Source: an uncultured Clostridia bacterium (lineage in GTDB: Bacteria > Bacillota > Clostridia > Christensenellales > UBA1242). From it: a stretch of 64,000 nt of DNA. The translations under genes were made by a program, and so were the position numbers. A model generated the notes under the pieces. That model searched no databases, was not told the origin of the DNA, and saw only the letters and a program-made list of their open reading frames with translations. Below, in pieces: positions 63,140 to 64,000 of this stretch. The stretch lies in NCBI GenBank assembly GCA_944350015.1, contig CALVNW010000003.1:38907-102906 (forward strand), written 5' to 3'. The number at the start of each line of letters is the position of its first letter. Position 1 is the first letter of the stretch.

Positions 63140-64000
63140 ATGAAAAGAATTTTAACTTTTATGCTCACACTGTTGCTTGCGCTAGGACTTTGCGTATTTG
63201 CTGGCAATGCCGTGCAACCACAATTCGTTAATACTGATACGCAGGCGCTTTTATCTGGAAGCGAGACAAAAGAAAACAGTAAAGTGGAGAAAGTGGCAGA
63301 AGGAGCTAATGACGCCAAAGATGAGATAAATAAAAATGTTGAAATTGAAAAAGAAAAAGTACAAGATTTGAAGGCTAGTGGACTGCAGAAAATACAAACC
63401 AAGTTTAACGATGAGCAAGTAAAGTTTGGAAAGGATGAGCAACTTGCAAAAGATGTGAAGGAGCTAGACAAAGAATTTCTTTTTAAGAATAATCAAGATA
63501 AAGTTATTGAAAGACCTTCAAATGAAGAGGTTGGGCAAAGGAATCTTAATATTGTCGATAATGTTGTCTCTGAAAGCGACAAGGCTGGTGATGTTGCCAG
63601 CGACAACGCTATAGCAGAGAAAAAAGTTGATAGTAAGCCTGAAAAGAAGAGTGTCAGCGCCAAGACTAAGAGGAAAAAAGTTGGCCGTGTCGGCAAAAGA
63701 ATTTTTAACGATGATACAAGCCTTGAAGAGACAAGCACACATCAAGAGAAGTATCAACTTGATTTGCAAGCAGAGAAGATGGAGCTTTGCATAATTGGCA
63801 AGGCATCAAAAAATGTCAGCCCTGATAGCGCTAAGGTAACAGCTGTTATTGAAACGCTTGATAGCGATATTGTAAAATCAAAAGACAATAACTTCCAAGC
63901 ATTTGACAAGGTTGTTAGCGCTTTAAAAGACGAGGGGCTTAGTGATGACAAAATAGTTATGGATAGTTTTGTATCCTATCCAAGTTATGACTATAATTGT
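63140..64000 (+). CDS. secreted protein with a C-terminal SIMPL (DUF541)-like domain, 3' end outside the window
   Basis: Not in the ORF track because it has no stop in the window. AGGAGG lies before ATG 63140. Signal peptide MKRILTFMLTLLLALGLCVFA. The frame is open for 287 codons to the window end. The final part (..AELCIIGKASKNVSPDSAKVTAVIETLDSDIVKSKDNN..) is SIMPL-like. Confidence 0.75.
   Translation, partial: MKRILTFMLTLLLALGLCVFAGNAVQPQFVNTDTQALLSGSETKENSKVEKVAEGANDAKDEINKNVEIEKEKVQDLKASGLQKIQTKFNDEQVKFGKDEQLAKDVKELDKEFLFKNNQDKVIERPSNEEVGQRNLNIVDNVVSESDKAGDVASDNAIAEKKVDSKPEKKSVSAKTKRKKVGRVGKRIFNDDTSLEETSTHQEKYQLDLQAEKMELCIIGKASKNVSPDSAKVTAVIETLDSDIVKSKDNNFQAFDKVVSALKDEGLSDDKIVMDSFVSYPSYDYNC

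Overview
This is a 64-kb chromosomal segment of a low-GC, endospore-forming Firmicute, probably Clostridia-like, since spo0A, yabP/yabQ and spmA/spmB are present. The housekeeping backbone comprises rsmG, a DUF1385-prmC fusion, prfA, tilS, tatD-rsmA, recO, tRNA-Leu and tRNA-Val. It is interrupted by a heavy cell-surface and accessory load. (1) A 13.5-kb gene encodes a roughly 4,500-aa membrane-anchored protein with GLUG-type end modules and Listeria-Bacteroides-type repeats. (2) Four paralogous secreted proteins, three with BspA-type LRRs, share a TasA/camelysin-like signal peptide. Each is preceded by a conserved but mosaic non-coding cassette. The cassette holds a TTGACA-N16-TAAAAT promoter whose spacer ends in a G8 tract and whose -10 lies inside a perfect, co-varying palindrome with 20-bp arms. 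(3) A sipW-type signal peptidase sits next to two 5'-truncated TasA-like fragments and a GLUG gene broken by three frameshifts. (4) A visibly AT-richer 5.3-kb island lies beside a scarred tRNA-Leu locus and carries small-molecule-modification-type genes, one with an in-frame TGA at the Gly of its HGD kinase motif. The Spo0A orthologue appears to have Glu in place of the phospho-acceptor Asp. The lead hypothesis is that the conserved upstream cassettes plus the recombining coding modules form a phase/antigenic-variation system for SipW-processed LRR surface proteins. All functional calls come from motif recognition by eye. No database search, folding or statistics could be run.
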